From: an uncultured Bacteroidales bacterium
Lineage (GTDB): Bacteria > Bacteroidota > Bacteroidia > Bacteroidales > WCHB1-69
Reading direction: 5' to 3'
DNA length: 64,000 nucleotides
Assembly (NCBI GenBank): GCA_947169105.1
Contig: CAMVOL010000005.1
Location: 9,171-73,170 of the forward strand
Below are positions 52,812-61,681 of the stretch, piece by piece (within the stretch, counting starts at the first letter, position 1; every line of letters begins with the position of its first letter). Under the pieces are notes generated by a model. The model was not told the origin of the DNA and did no database searches. It saw only the letters and a program-made list of their open reading frames with translations. Position numbers and translations under genes: made by a program.

Positions 52812-54403
52812 TGAACAACCGCCATTTTTGGTTTCCCCTTGTTCTTGCCTTTTTGTCGGGCATTGTGGTTGCTTTTATCCTTTTCAAAAGGCTACAGCCC
52901 AAAAGCCATTTCGTTCCCCAATCCGAATATGGGAAAATTGGGGAAGTCCTGGATTATATCCAAAATTATTATTTTGACACCCTTGATAATGAAGAACTTA
53001 TAAAAACCACTCTGACGACCCTGCTTGAGAGTCTGGATCCTCATTCCGCCTACGCCACAGCGGAGGAGAACAAACGCCTGACCGAGTCCTTGGACGGCGC
53101 TTTCGAAGGGGTGGGCATCCAGTTCAACATTATGAACGACACGGTGATGGTGGTGGCTGTGGTGAGTGGCGGACCTTCCGAAAAAGCGGGTATCCGCGCC
53201 GGCGACCGTATCGTTTCTGTCAATGACAGCACGATTGCCGGAAATGGCATTACCAACGATCAGGTTTTCAAATTGTTGAGAGGAAAGAAGCACTCCAAAG
53301 TCAAAATTGGCATCCACCGTCCGGGGTTCCCCGAAACCTACTTTTTTGACATCATCCGTGACGTAATCCCCACCTACACCTTAGATGTTGCCTATATGCT
53401 GGATGCGACGACGGGCTACATCAAGCTCAACCAGTTCGGGGAGAACACCTACAATGAATTTCTGGATGCGGTTTTCACCTTGAAAAACAAAGGTATGACT
53501 TCGTTAGTGCTGGACCTGCGCGGCAATAGCGGCGGCTACCTCGGCACCGCCATCAACCTGTGTGACGAATTTCTTCCAAAAAGCGACCTCATTGTCTATA
53601 CCGAAGGCCGGAACATGCCTGAAAATAAGATATATGCCACTGCCATCGGCAATTTCGAGAAAGGGGATTTGGTGGTGCTCATCGACGACTTCAGCGCCTC
53701 CGCCAGCGAAATTGTGGCGGGTGCGGTGCAGGACAACGACCGCGGCTGGGTGGTCGGACGGCGCTCTTTCGGCAAGGGGCTGGTACAGCAGCAGTTCGTT
53801 CTTTCCGACAGCTCCACTATCCGCCTCACCGTCGCCCGCTACCACACCCCCAGCGGACGTTGCATCCAACGGAACTACGACAAAGGCACCGGCGACTATT
53901 ACGCCGACCTGCTGCGCCGTTACGAAAGCGGGGAGATGGACTCCGCCAACAATATCAAATTTGACGAAAACCTCCGTTACAAGACTAAGAAAGGGCGCAC
54001 CGTCTATGGCGGCGGCGGCATCATGCCCGACTTTTTCGTCCCCCTTGACCGAGACAATAATGCAATGGCATTCAACGAAATATACAATTCCGGTTTGTTG
54101 ATAGAATTCACTTTCAACTATGCTACCGAACACAAGACGGAAATTTTACGGAAATACCCTTCCGCCGAAGATTTTGTGGCTAAAATGACGGTCCCTGATG
54201 CTACTGTCCAACAATTCATACAGTTTTACCAGAAGAAAGACCACACGATTCCAACGTTGAACACCACCAGCCAGAAGGAACTCCGACTTTGGCTTAAAGC
54301 ACTGATAGGCAGAAATATATACGAAGAAAACGGATTCTATCCAGTCATCAATTCCACTGACAAGACCCTACAGAAAGCAATGGAAGTTCTTCACACAAAA
54401 TAA
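52811..54403 (+). CDS. ctp: S41 carboxy-terminal processing peptidase (PDZ-containing)
   Basis: The start overlaps the upstream stop (TAATG). It has a PDZ domain (VSGGPSEKAGIRAGDRIVSVN) and a Ser/Lys dyad context (SASASEIVAGA...RSFGKG). Confidence 0.85.
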   Translation: MNNRHFWFPLVLAFLSGIVVAFILFKRLQPKSHFVPQSEYGKIGEVLDYIQNYYFDTLDNEELIKTTLTTLLESLDPHSAYATAEENKRLTESLDGAFEGVGIQFNIMNDTVMVVAVVSGGPSEKAGIRAGDRIVSVNDSTIAGNGITNDQVFKLLRGKKHSKVKIGIHRPGFPETYFFDIIRDVIPTYTLDVAYMLDATTGYIKLNQFGENTYNEFLDAVFTLKNKGMTSLVLDLRGNSGGYLGTAINLCDEFLPKSDLIVYTEGRNMPENKIYATAIGNFEKGDLVVLIDDFSASASEIVAGAVQDNDRGWVVGRRSFGKGLVQQQFVLSDSSTIRLTVARYHTPSGRCIQRNYDKGTGDYYADLLRRYESGEMDSANNIKFDENLRYKTKKGRTVYGGGGIMPDFFVPLDRDNNAMAFNEIYNSGLLIEFTFNYATEHKTEILRKYPSAEDFVAKMTVPDATVQQFIQFYQKKDHTIPTLNTTSQKELRLWLKALIGRNIYEENGFYPVINSTDKTLQKAMEVLHTK

Positions 54404-54409
54404 ATATCT

Positions 54410-55192
54410 ATGAAAAAAATATTTATCGCAATGATTGTTTGTCTGGTATGCACAGGCGCATTTGCCCAAAGCCAAGACAAAAGTTTCACTGTCAAAAACG
54501 TCACTTTCACGATGAAATATGTGAAAGGCGGCACTTTTATGATGGGGTTCACCTCAGAACAGGTACACGGGGTTGCCAATGAGAGGCCCGCCCACAAAGT
54601 CACCGTCAGCGATTTCTACATCGGAGAGACGGAAGTGACACAGGCTCTTTGGGTGGCCGTGATGGATTCGGCACCTTCGTACAAAGGCGGCTGGACCGAC
54701 GAGTTCGGACGGGGCGACGACTATCCCGCCTACCGTATTAGCTGGATAGATGCGCTGAAGTTCATAAAAAAGCTCAACGAACTGACTGGCAAAACTTTCC
54801 GTTTGCCCACGGAAGCAGAATGGGAATATGCGGCACGGGGTGGCAACAAAAGCAGCGGATTCCGATATAGCGGCAGCAACAACATTGACGAGGTGTCGTG
54901 GTACGATGGCAATAGTGCCGAGATGACGCATCCCGTGAAATTGAAAAAACCAAACGAACTCGGCATTTACGATATGAGCGGCAACGTTTGGGAATGGTGC
55001 CAAGACTGGTATGAAACATACAGCAGTGAATATCAGAAAGATCCGAAAGGCCCGTCCAAAGGAACTTACCATATTGACCGCGGTGGCGCATGGAACCGCA
55101 ACAACAAGTACAGCCGTGTCACCGCCCGTTGCTATGACGACCCCGGTCTGCGCAACAAGAATTTGGGCTTCCGTATTGCACTGGTGCCGTAA
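54410..55192 (+). CDS. Formylglycine-generating-enzyme (SUMF1/FGE) family protein, secreted
   Basis: Signal peptide plus RPAHKVTVSDFYIGETEVTQ, RLPTEAEWEYAARGG, GNVWEWCQDWY, RGGAW and LGFRIA motifs. Confidence 0.82.
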   Translation: MKKIFIAMIVCLVCTGAFAQSQDKSFTVKNVTFTMKYVKGGTFMMGFTSEQVHGVANERPAHKVTVSDFYIGETEVTQALWVAVMDSAPSYKGGWTDEFGRGDDYPAYRISWIDALKFIKKLNELTGKTFRLPTEAEWEYAARGGNKSSGFRYSGSNNIDEVSWYDGNSAEMTHPVKLKKPNELGIYDMSGNVWEWCQDWYETYSSEYQKDPKGPSKGTYHIDRGGAWNRNNKYSRVTARCYDDPGLRNKNLGFRIALVP

Positions 55193-55234
55193 CTAACACG
55201 CAAAGATGATATTGTCTGCATCCAAATTTTATCG

Positions 55235-55242
55235 TATCTTTG
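55235..55242 (+). promoter_or_regulatory. -7 promoter box (TATCTTTG) for yebC
   Basis: TAnnTTTG consensus in the context cgTAtcTTTGcaccc, 45 nt upstream of the ATG. Confidence 0.45.
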
Positions 55243-55286
55243 CACCCGTTTTTTTTAATAGCAAATCATAATTAAAAATTTCTACT

Positions 55287-55994
55287 ATGGGAAGAGCATT
55301 TGAATATAGAAAAGCAAGAAAACTGAAAAGATGGGGCAATATGGCCCGTGTGTTCACCCGTCTGGGTAAGGAAATCACGATGGCGGCGAAGGCCGGCGGC
55401 CCTGATCCCGATACCAATGCGAAACTCCGTCTGCTGATCCAGAACGCCCGTTCGGAAAATATGCCGAAAGACAACGTCGATCGCGCCATCAAGCGCGCCT
55501 TCGAGAAGGACACCTCCGACTACAAGGAAGTGCTTTTCGCCGGCACCGCCCCGCACGGCGTCGCCGTGGTGATTGAAACCGCCACCGACAACAACCAGCG
55601 CACCGTTGCCAACCTCCGCAGCTACTTCAACAAGCTCGGCGGCACCCTCGGCAATTCCAACATGCACGACTTCATCTTTGACCACAAAAGCATCTTCACC
55701 GTCGTCCGCACCCCCAATCTCGACCTCGAGGAATTCGAACTGGCTATGATGGACTTCGACGCCGAAATTGATGCCGACGAAGAGGAAGTGATCGTGATGG
55801 CCGAATTCTCCGCCTTCGGTCCCATCCAGAAATATTTGGAAGACAACAAATTTGAAATCAAGAGCTTCAAGTTCGAACGTATCCCCAACGTGATGAAATC
55901 CGTCACCGACGAACAACGCGAGGAAATCGAAAAGCTCCTTGAAAAAATCGAAGAAGACGAAGACGTCACCAACGTGTTCACCAATATGGAATAA
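55287..55994 (+). CDS. yebC: YebC/PmpR-family transcriptional regulator
   Basis: MGRAFEYRKARKLKRWGNMARVFTRLGKEI..., a canonical YebC N-terminus. 235 aa. Confidence 0.9.
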   Translation: MGRAFEYRKARKLKRWGNMARVFTRLGKEITMAAKAGGPDPDTNAKLRLLIQNARSENMPKDNVDRAIKRAFEKDTSDYKEVLFAGTAPHGVAVVIETATDNNQRTVANLRSYFNKLGGTLGNSNMHDFIFDHKSIFTVVRTPNLDLEEFELAMMDFDAEIDADEEEVIVMAEFSAFGPIQKYLEDNKFEIKSFKFERIPNVMKSVTDEQREEIEKLLEKIEEDEDVTNVFTNME

Positions 55995-55996
55995 CC

Positions 55997-56121
55997 GTAA
56001 AAAGTATAAAGTAAAAAGTAAAAAGTTTCCAACGCACAATACTCCCCTTACCAATAACTCATAACCTATTACCCTTTACCCCATACCTATTACCTATTAC
56101 TTATTACCTCATACCTATTAC
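55997..56121. repeat. Composite intergenic hairpin element, copy E
   Basis: Arms 55997-56026 and 56092-56121 pair at 23/30 positions, and 4 of the 7 mismatches are A opposite C. The loop carries the core TTCCAACGCACAATACTCCCC. Confidence 0.7.
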
Positions 56122-56137
56122 TTTATAAACTACTGAT

Positions 56138-56734
56138 ATGTATTACTACAAATTCCGGGTTTATTACGATGAAGTCGAGGATTTCGTAAGGGACATCGAA
56201 ATCCTGTCCAACGACAATTTTGAAAGTCTGCACAAGGCCCTTTTGGATGCTATCCCGTTGGACGGCAAGGAGTTGGCTTCCTTCTACATCTGTGATTCCA
56301 AATGGAACAAGCAGAAGGAGATTTCGTTGATGGACATGGAGGACGACGAGGCCAAGGAAATTCCTGAGTACGAGGAAGATGATGAATTCTCCCTCCGCTC
56401 CCGCCTCCCCATTTCTGTGATGCACGACTCGTTGCTCAAGGATTACATCTCCGACCCGCACCAGCACATCATGTACGAATACGACTTCCTTCGTCCGAAG
56501 GTGTTCTACATTGAGTTGCAGAAGGTGCTGCAGGTGCAGGATGGGGTCTCCTACCCGCGTTGCACCCATAAGGTGAAGGAGATGCCAAAGGAGAACAAGA
56601 ACCTGCACCTTCCCAACCCCGATGACGACTACGTGGAAGACCTTGATCTGGAGGAGGATGACCTCGGCACCGGCTTCGACGACGGCTACGATGATTTGGA
56701 CCTGAGCGGCTTCGATGAACTTAAGGAATTTTAG
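56138..56734 (+). CDS. Hypothetical protein, pRiA4b ORF-3-like N-terminal domain with acidic tail
   Basis: YYYKFRVYYDEVEDFVRDIEILSNDNFESLHKALLDAI...FYICD resembles the PRiA4_ORF3 family, from memory only. The C-terminus is strongly acidic. Confidence 0.45.
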   Translation: MYYYKFRVYYDEVEDFVRDIEILSNDNFESLHKALLDAIPLDGKELASFYICDSKWNKQKEISLMDMEDDEAKEIPEYEEDDEFSLRSRLPISVMHDSLLKDYISDPHQHIMYEYDFLRPKVFYIELQKVLQVQDGVSYPRCTHKVKEMPKENKNLHLPNPDDDYVEDLDLEEDDLGTGFDDGYDDLDLSGFDELKEF

Positions 56735-57599
56735 TAACCCCACACTGGTGGTGATTGCGGGTGCCACAGCGGTTGGCAAGACGCAATACGCCATTCAGAC
56801 GGCCATTGATTGCGAATCTGTCATTATTTCGGCAGATTCGCGTCAGTTTTATAGGGAGATGAAAATCGGGACGGCCGCCCCCACGCCGGAGGAGCTGGCC
56901 GCCGTGCCGCACTACTTCGTCGGCAACCTCTCCATCCACGACTACTACAGCGTTTCCGTTTTCGAGCAGGAGGTCCTGCAGCTCCTCCCCTCACTCTTTG
57001 CCCAACACCCCGTCGTGGTGATGACGGGCGGTTCGGGACTTTATATCGACGCGGTGTGCAACGGCATCGATGAGCTGCCGGATCCCGATCCGGAACTCCG
57101 CGCCTTCGTCAACAACCTGTACCTCCACGATGGCATCGAAGCCCTCCGGACGGAGCTGCGCCGCGTGGACCCCGCCTACTACAACCGCTGCAACCTCGCC
57201 GACCACAAGCGGATGATCCGGGCGGTGGAAGTCTCCCTCCAGATGGGACAGCCCTATTCCGATTTCTTGCAGAACACCAAGCGACAAAGAGACTTCGACA
57301 TCCTGAAAATCTGTTTGGTACGTCCGAGGGAGGTACTGTTCGACCGCATCAACCGCCGTGTCGATCAGATGATGGAAAACGGGCTTTTGGACGAAGTGCG
57401 CTCGCTGTACCCATACAAGCACCTTAACTCCCTCAATACCGTCGGGTACAAGGAGCTGTTTGATTACCTTGATGGAAAACTATCTCTGGAACAAGCCGTT
57501 ACGGACATCAAAACCCACACTCGCCGTTATGCCAAACGGCAGATGACGTGGTTCAAACGCAACGAAGGAGAGTACCAGTTTGTGGAACTGCCGTCATAA
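56715..57599 (+). CDS. miaA: tRNA dimethylallyltransferase
   Basis: P-loop AGATAVGKT, plus ISADSRQFYREMKIGTAAP and RRYAKRQMTWF. The ATG at 56715 overlaps the upstream gene by 20 nt. Confidence 0.88.
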   Translation: MNLRNFSNPTLVVIAGATAVGKTQYAIQTAIDCESVIISADSRQFYREMKIGTAAPTPEELAAVPHYFVGNLSIHDYYSVSVFEQEVLQLLPSLFAQHPVVVMTGGSGLYIDAVCNGIDELPDPDPELRAFVNNLYLHDGIEALRTELRRVDPAYYNRCNLADHKRMIRAVEVSLQMGQPYSDFLQNTKRQRDFDILKICLVRPREVLFDRINRRVDQMMENGLLDEVRSLYPYKHLNSLNTVGYKELFDYLDGKLSLEQAVTDIKTHTRRYAKRQMTWFKRNEGEYQFVELPS

Positions 57600-57612
57600 A
57601 ATATTGTAAACG

Positions 57613-59346
57613 ATGGATCATTTTCTTCCGACAACGAAAAAAGAGGTGGAGGCATTGGGCTGGGATACGCTCGATGTCATCCTCGTCAGCGGTGACGCCT
57701 ACGTGGACCACCCCTCTTTCGGGCCGGCAGTAATCGGCAGATGGTTAGAAACCATGGGGTTACGGGTCGCTATCGTGCCGCAGCCCAATTGGCAGGACGA
57801 CGGTCGCGACTTCGCCAAACTCGGGAAACCGCGCCTCTTTTTCGGGGTCACTGCCGGCAATATGGACTCGATGGTGAACCATTACACCGCCACCAAACGT
57901 CTGCGCCATGATGATGCCTACACCCCCGGCGGACAGCACGGCTTCCGTCCCGACTACGCTACCATCGTCTATACCAAGTGGTTGAAGAAACTGTTTCCTG
58001 ACACGCCCGTTATCATCGGGGGCATCGAAGCCTCCCTGCGCCGCCTCTCCCATTACGACTACTGGAGCGATTCGTTCAAACCCTCCATCCTGATGGAGTG
58101 CCCCGCCGACCTGCTTGTCTATGGCATGGGCGAGCGTCCGATGACCGACCTCGTGCGCATCTTCCAAACCGGCAACTGGCGGGAACATTTGAACGAATGT
58201 TCACAAATCGCTTTCATTTCCAATACATTAGAAGGGTTTTGCACAAAAGAGGAGACGCTGATGCTTCATCCTTTTGAAAAGGAGCTGAGCAACCGGCGTT
58301 TTTATGGAGAGAATTTTGTGGCGTTTGAAACCGAAAGCAACAAGATGCTCCAACGGACAATCGTGCAGCCGTACAATCGCAAATATCTGATTATCAAGCC
58401 GCCGTATCCGCCCGCAACGGAGGAAGAGATGGACCGGTACGCCCTATTCGACCGGATGATGAATGCACCGCACCCGAAATACGCCAAACGCGGCGACATC
58501 CCGGCGTGGGAGATGATCAAGAACTCCATCACCATCCATCGGGGATGCTTCGGCGGATGCAGTTTCTGCGCCATCACGGCCCACCAAGGGAGATTCATCA
58601 GCTCCCGTAGTGAGGAGTCCATCCTGAAGGAAGTCAGCGACTTGGCACAACGCAGCTACTTCAAGGGGCACATTTCCGACTTGGGGGCGCCGTCGGCCAA
58701 CATGTACCGTCTGCACGGGCGCAATACGAAAGCGTGCCGACAGTGCAGCCGCCCGTCGTGCATCCATCCCGACATTTGTAAAAACCTCATTATCAATCAT
58801 AAACCACTGATAGAATTGTACCGACGGGCGGCTGCAATACCGAACGTGCGGCACATTACCATCGGTAGCGGCATCCGGTACGACCTGCTCATCGGTGACG
58901 AAAAGACCGACCGCGAAAACGGACTCACCGACTATCTGACAGAGGTCATCTGCCATCATGTTTCGGGGCGGTTAAAGGTGGCGCCGGAACATACGCAGCC
59001 GAAGGTGTTGGACAAGATGCGGAAGCCGCACTTCGACACCTTTCTCGTTTTCAACCGCAAATTCCAGAATATCAATAAAAAAGCGGGATTACGGCAACAA
59101 CTTGTCCCCTACTTCATTTCCGCACATCCGGGTTGCACATTGGACGATATGAAGGCATTGCACAAAGCCACTGCCAACCAACATCTTCATATTGAGCAGG
59201 TTCAGGATTTTACTCCCACCCCAATGACCTATTCCACTGCAATGTACTATTTAGGCTACGACCCCTACACGGGCGAAAAGGTATTCACGGCCAAAAACAA
59301 AGGGGAAAAGGACAAGCAGAAAGAGTGGTTCTTCTCACGAAAGTAA
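57613..59346 (+). CDS. ygiQ: YgiQ-family radical SAM protein (UPF0313)
   Basis: N-terminus LDVILVSGDAYVDHPSFG and a radical SAM cluster context (HRGCFGGCSFCAI). 577 aa. Confidence 0.85.
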   Translation: MDHFLPTTKKEVEALGWDTLDVILVSGDAYVDHPSFGPAVIGRWLETMGLRVAIVPQPNWQDDGRDFAKLGKPRLFFGVTAGNMDSMVNHYTATKRLRHDDAYTPGGQHGFRPDYATIVYTKWLKKLFPDTPVIIGGIEASLRRLSHYDYWSDSFKPSILMECPADLLVYGMGERPMTDLVRIFQTGNWREHLNECSQIAFISNTLEGFCTKEETLMLHPFEKELSNRRFYGENFVAFETESNKMLQRTIVQPYNRKYLIIKPPYPPATEEEMDRYALFDRMMNAPHPKYAKRGDIPAWEMIKNSITIHRGCFGGCSFCAITAHQGRFISSRSEESILKEVSDLAQRSYFKGHISDLGAPSANMYRLHGRNTKACRQCSRPSCIHPDICKNLIINHKPLIELYRRAAAIPNVRHITIGSGIRYDLLIGDEKTDRENGLTDYLTEVICHHVSGRLKVAPEHTQPKVLDKMRKPHFDTFLVFNRKFQNINKKAGLRQQLVPYFISAHPGCTLDDMKALHKATANQHLHIEQVQDFTPTPMTYSTAMYYLGYDPYTGEKVFTAKNKGEKDKQKEWFFSRK

Positions 59347-59427
59347 AAAGTATAAAGTAAAAAGTTTCCAACGCACAATCCTCCCTTATTACCCATAACC
59401 TATTACCTTTTACCTAATACTTTTAAC
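59343..59427. repeat. Composite intergenic hairpin element, copy F
   Basis: Arms 59343-59365 and 59405-59427 pair at 19/23 positions. The ygiQ stop codon lies inside the left arm. The loop core is TTCCAACGCACAATCCTCCC. Confidence 0.7.
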
Positions 59428-59430
59428 CTG

Positions 59431-59466
59431 ATGAACTTTACAAACTTTATAAACTTTATGAACTAA
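59431..59466 (+). repeat. Four phased 9-nt words (ATGAACTTT ACAAACTTT ATAAACTTT ATGAACTAA) abutting the mnmA promoter
   Basis: I counted an exact 9-nt register by hand. The same word family occurs at 7079-7103, 48599-48623, 61615-61650 and 5746-5770. Confidence 0.7.
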
Positions 59467-59472
59467 TTGTCG

Positions 59473-59480
59473 TATTTTTG
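59473..59480 (+). promoter_or_regulatory. -7 promoter box (TATTTTTG) for mnmA
   Basis: TAnnTTTG consensus in the context cgTAttTTTGccgc, 25 nt upstream of the ATG at 59505. It lies inside the TTG-extended ORF-track call. Confidence 0.5.
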
Positions 59481-59504
59481 CCGCTTCAAAATCAAAAACG
59501 ACCA

Positions 59505-60587
59505 ATGGCTAAACAACGGATTCTGATGGCGATGAGCGGCGGTATTGATAGTACCGTTTCTGCAATGCTCCTTTTGGAGCAGGGGTATGAGTTGGTAGGC
59601 GCTACGTTCCGCACGTTCGACAGCATCAAGGAGAGTTGTATTGCCAAAGAGCGCGGCTGCTGTAGCATCGACTCCATCATGGAAGCGAAGCACAATGCGG
59701 AAAAACTTGGTTTTGAGCACCATATCGTCGATTTCCGGCAGGCGTTCAAGGAGCACGTCATCAACGACTTCATTCACGAATATATGCACGGGCGCACGCC
59801 GAACCCGTGTGTGCTCTGCAACTCCTCCATCAAATGGGGGATGCTGCTGGACAAGGCCGACGAGCTGGGTTGCGACGGCATCGCCACCGGCCATTACGCC
59901 CGCATCATCCAGCAGAACGGCCACTGGTTTTTGGGCACGGCGGCCGACACGCACAAGGACCAGACCTACTTCCTCTGGCGGCTGACGGAAAGCAACCTCA
60001 GCCGCACGCTCTTCCCTTTGGGAGGACTGACAAAGCCCGAAGTCCGGAAGATTGCCGCCGACCACGGTTTCGTGAAGCTTTCGCAAAAGACGGAAAGTCA
60101 GGAGATCTGCTTCATCCCCGATAACGACTATCGCCGCTTCCTGACAGAAAATGTGGCGGATTTCGAGGCGAAGGTCCAGCCCGGTGATTTCGTCGATGCC
60201 ACTGGCAACAAGGTCGGCACGCACCAAGGTTTTCCGTTCTATACGATTGGGCAGCGCAAGGGGCTGAAGGTGGCCTTTGGCACCCCCAAGTACGTCACCC
60301 GCATCAACGCTGCCGACAACACCGTCACGCTCGGTGACCGCGACGACCTGCTGGCCACCACCCTGCGTGCCAACCACTGCACCTTCACCGATGCAGCGAT
60401 GCTGCAGGAGAATCCGGTGGTACAGGCCCGCATCCGCTACAAAAGTCCGGCGGTGGAGGCCACTGTCCGCATCGAAGGAGACACGGCGGAACTCACCTTC
60501 ACCGAACCAGTGTGGGGTGTCACGCCAGGACAGTCGCTGGTGCTCTACCAGAACGGATTGGTCGTGGGGGGAGGACTCATTTGCTAA
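59505..60587 (+). CDS. mnmA: tRNA 2-thiouridine(34) synthase
   Basis: PP-loop AMSGGIDSTVSA, plus NPCVLCN and KDQTYFL motifs. The start is trimmed to the ATG at 59505. Confidence 0.9.
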   Translation: MAKQRILMAMSGGIDSTVSAMLLLEQGYELVGATFRTFDSIKESCIAKERGCCSIDSIMEAKHNAEKLGFEHHIVDFRQAFKEHVINDFIHEYMHGRTPNPCVLCNSSIKWGMLLDKADELGCDGIATGHYARIIQQNGHWFLGTAADTHKDQTYFLWRLTESNLSRTLFPLGGLTKPEVRKIAADHGFVKLSQKTESQEICFIPDNDYRRFLTENVADFEAKVQPGDFVDATGNKVGTHQGFPFYTIGQRKGLKVAFGTPKYVTRINAADNTVTLGDRDDLLATTLRANHCTFTDAAMLQENPVVQARIRYKSPAVEATVRIEGDTAELTFTEPVWGVTPGQSLVLYQNGLVVGGGLIC

Positions 60588-60614
60588 AATGTGAAAATGT
60601 TAAGATGTGAAGAT

Positions 60615-61541
60615 ATGAAAAATAAGATCTTACAATTAAAGAAAGAGAAGAACGCCATTATTCTGGCCCATTATTACACCCGTCCTGAGGTGCAGGAAAT
60701 CGCCGACTTTGTGGGTGACAGTCTTGCCCTTTCGCAGAAGGCCGCGGCAACGGATGCTGACATCATCCTCTTTGCCGGCGTCCATTTTATGGCGGAAACG
60801 GCCAAAATCTTGAATCCCACGAAAAAAGTCCTGATTCCCGATATGAGTGCAAGCTGCTCGCTGGCCGACAGTTGTCCCGACGAGGAGTTTGCCGAATTTT
60901 TGAAGCAGTATCCCGGCCACACGGTGTTGAGCTACATCAACTGCTCCGCCCGCGTGAAGGCGCTGTCGGACATCATCGTCACTTCCGGGAATGCCCTCCG
61001 CATTGTGAAATCTTTACCTGAAGATGAGAAGATTGTCTTTGCACCCGACTGGAACCTAGGAAGTTACATCAACCGTATGACAGGACGCGAGATGGTTTTG
61101 TGGGAGGGTGCCTGCCACGTCCACGACCAGATTCAGGCGGAAGATGTGGAGCAGCTGCACAAGTTCCACCCGTCAGCATTAGTGATTGCCCACCCCGAAT
61201 GTCCCGAACATATTTTGAAACTGGCAGACTTTGTCGGTTCCACGGCGGCGATGCTGAAATTTGTTGCATCGTCTGAAAATCAAGAGTTTGTAGTAGTGAC
61301 GGAAAGCGGCATCCTCTACGAACTTCGGAAGCAGAATCCTGACAAGAAGTTCTATGCTCTTTCTGATATGCACGAAGCCAAGGGCGGCGACTGCGAATGC
61401 GCAAACTGTAAGTATATGAAATACAATACGTTGGAAAACATCCTTTCGTCTTTGGAAACGGAGACTCCCGAACTGGTGTTGGACGAAACCTTAATGGAGG
61501 CCGCCCGCCGTCCGATTGAACGGATGCTGTCGTTATCGTAA
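60615..61541 (+). CDS. nadA: Quinolinate synthase
   Basis: KKEKNAIILAHYYTRPEVQEIADFVGDSL matches the NadA N-terminus, and three conserved Cys regions are present. I prefer the ATG at 60615 over the GTG at 60591. Confidence 0.88.
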   Translation: MKNKILQLKKEKNAIILAHYYTRPEVQEIADFVGDSLALSQKAAATDADIILFAGVHFMAETAKILNPTKKVLIPDMSASCSLADSCPDEEFAEFLKQYPGHTVLSYINCSARVKALSDIIVTSGNALRIVKSLPEDEKIVFAPDWNLGSYINRMTGREMVLWEGACHVHDQIQAEDVEQLHKFHPSALVIAHPECPEHILKLADFVGSTAAMLKFVASSENQEFVVVTESGILYELRKQNPDKKFYALSDMHEAKGGDCECANCKYMKYNTLENILSSLETETPELVLDETLMEAARRPIERMLSLS

Positions 61542-61614
61542 TTAAACACGTAGTAGGGAATAAGTAACAAATGCGAACCAACTGATTAGCCGCACGGCTG
61601 TGCTGCTCTACTTT

Positions 61615-61650
61615 ATAAACTTTATAAACTTGATGAACTTTATAAACTAA
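61615..61650 (+). repeat. Four phased 9-nt words (ATAAACTTT ATAAACTTG ATGAACTTT ATAAACTAA) abutting the pyrH promoter
   Basis: Exact 9-nt register. Same word family as 59431-59466. Confidence 0.7.
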
Positions 61651-61657
61651 TTAATTG

Positions 61658-61665
61658 TATCTTTG
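61658..61665 (+). promoter_or_regulatory. -7 promoter box (TATCTTTG) for the pyrH-frr-gcvH unit
   Basis: TAnnTTTG consensus in the context tgTAtcTTTGccgtc, 17 nt upstream of the ATG at 61682. Confidence 0.5.
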
Positions 61666-61681
61666 CCGTCAAATTCTGAAT

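Noticed and set aside
54980-55192. The C-terminus of the FGE-family protein (RGGAWNRNNKYSRVTARCYDDPGLRNKNLGFRIA) resembles the Asn-rich variable region of diversity-generating-retroelement targets.
   Set aside because: I found no reverse transcriptase, no template repeat and no near-duplicate of this 3' segment anywhere in the window. The pattern is also generic for FGE/CLec-fold proteins.
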